A stretch of 61,538 nucleotides of DNA, filler included, from Porpidia crustulata (lineage: Eukaryota), in NCBI GenBank assembly GCA_964255105.1. It is 11 parts of 11 records of this genome, joined end to end, with 100 filler letters (N's around TTAATTAATTAA, not from the genome) between each part and the next. Parts side by side here need not be neighbours in the genome. Positions count along the whole stretch, not along the records: positions 56,043 to 61,538 come from CAXUWE010001791.1; 10 more parts are not named here. One strand, written 5' to 3'. Under the pieces are notes generated by a model that did not search any database, was not told the origin of the DNA, and saw nothing but the letters and a program-made list of their open reading frames with translations. Numbering within the stretch: the stretch's first letter is position 1; each line of letters opens with the position of its first letter. Below are positions 61,343-61,538 of the stretch, piece after piece. A program made the position numbers and the translations under genes.

Positions 61343-61538
61343 AGGGTACCTCGGCAAGTAAGGTAGGTCTGCGATCCCCCACTAGAGTCTTGGCGATAGG
61401 GCTAGCAGCCACGTCGAAGAGCGGACAATCACTTGAATCGAAAAAGAGACATGATGCTTGCCATGCACCCATGCCACCAATCCCCTCAACCCCTCCTCTG
61501 GCATCCTCTTATCAACCTCCACCATTACGATTAGAAGC

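Overview
Eukaryotic DNA from a filamentous ascomycete (Pezizomycotina-type genes; short GT-AG introns with CTRAY branch sites). It is not one locus: 11 unrelated contigs of about 5.5 kb, sorted by decreasing length (5514 to 5496 bp), are joined by artificial 100-nt spacers (44 N + TTAATTAATTAA + 44 N), so adjacency across spacers is meaningless. Most contigs carry core genes: Rad9 clamp, Ats1/Kti13, Rps16, AP-2 alpha, Nfu1, PSP1-like protein, Ksh1, complex I MWFE, Sas3, Pex2, Kap120, Polo kinase, OPA3 and an HMG-box factor. There are also a Cys-rich metallothionein, a GNAT and an arylamine N-acetyltransferase. Several accessory genes are decaying (AflR-like factor, SDR, F-box-like gene, kinase, HET). 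Most notable: (1) a divergent SNF2-type ATPase gene bracketed on both sides by clusters of one palindromic motif (possible mobile element); (2) a probable CUG-initiated N-terminal extension of AP-2 alpha; (3) a 4-nt microexon in MWFE; (4) competing GC/GT donors in the Sas3 zinc finger; (5) a multi-intron long leader before the PSP1-like gene; (6) GCTCA enrichment upstream of the metallothionein. All family assignments come from recalled motifs; no searches were run.
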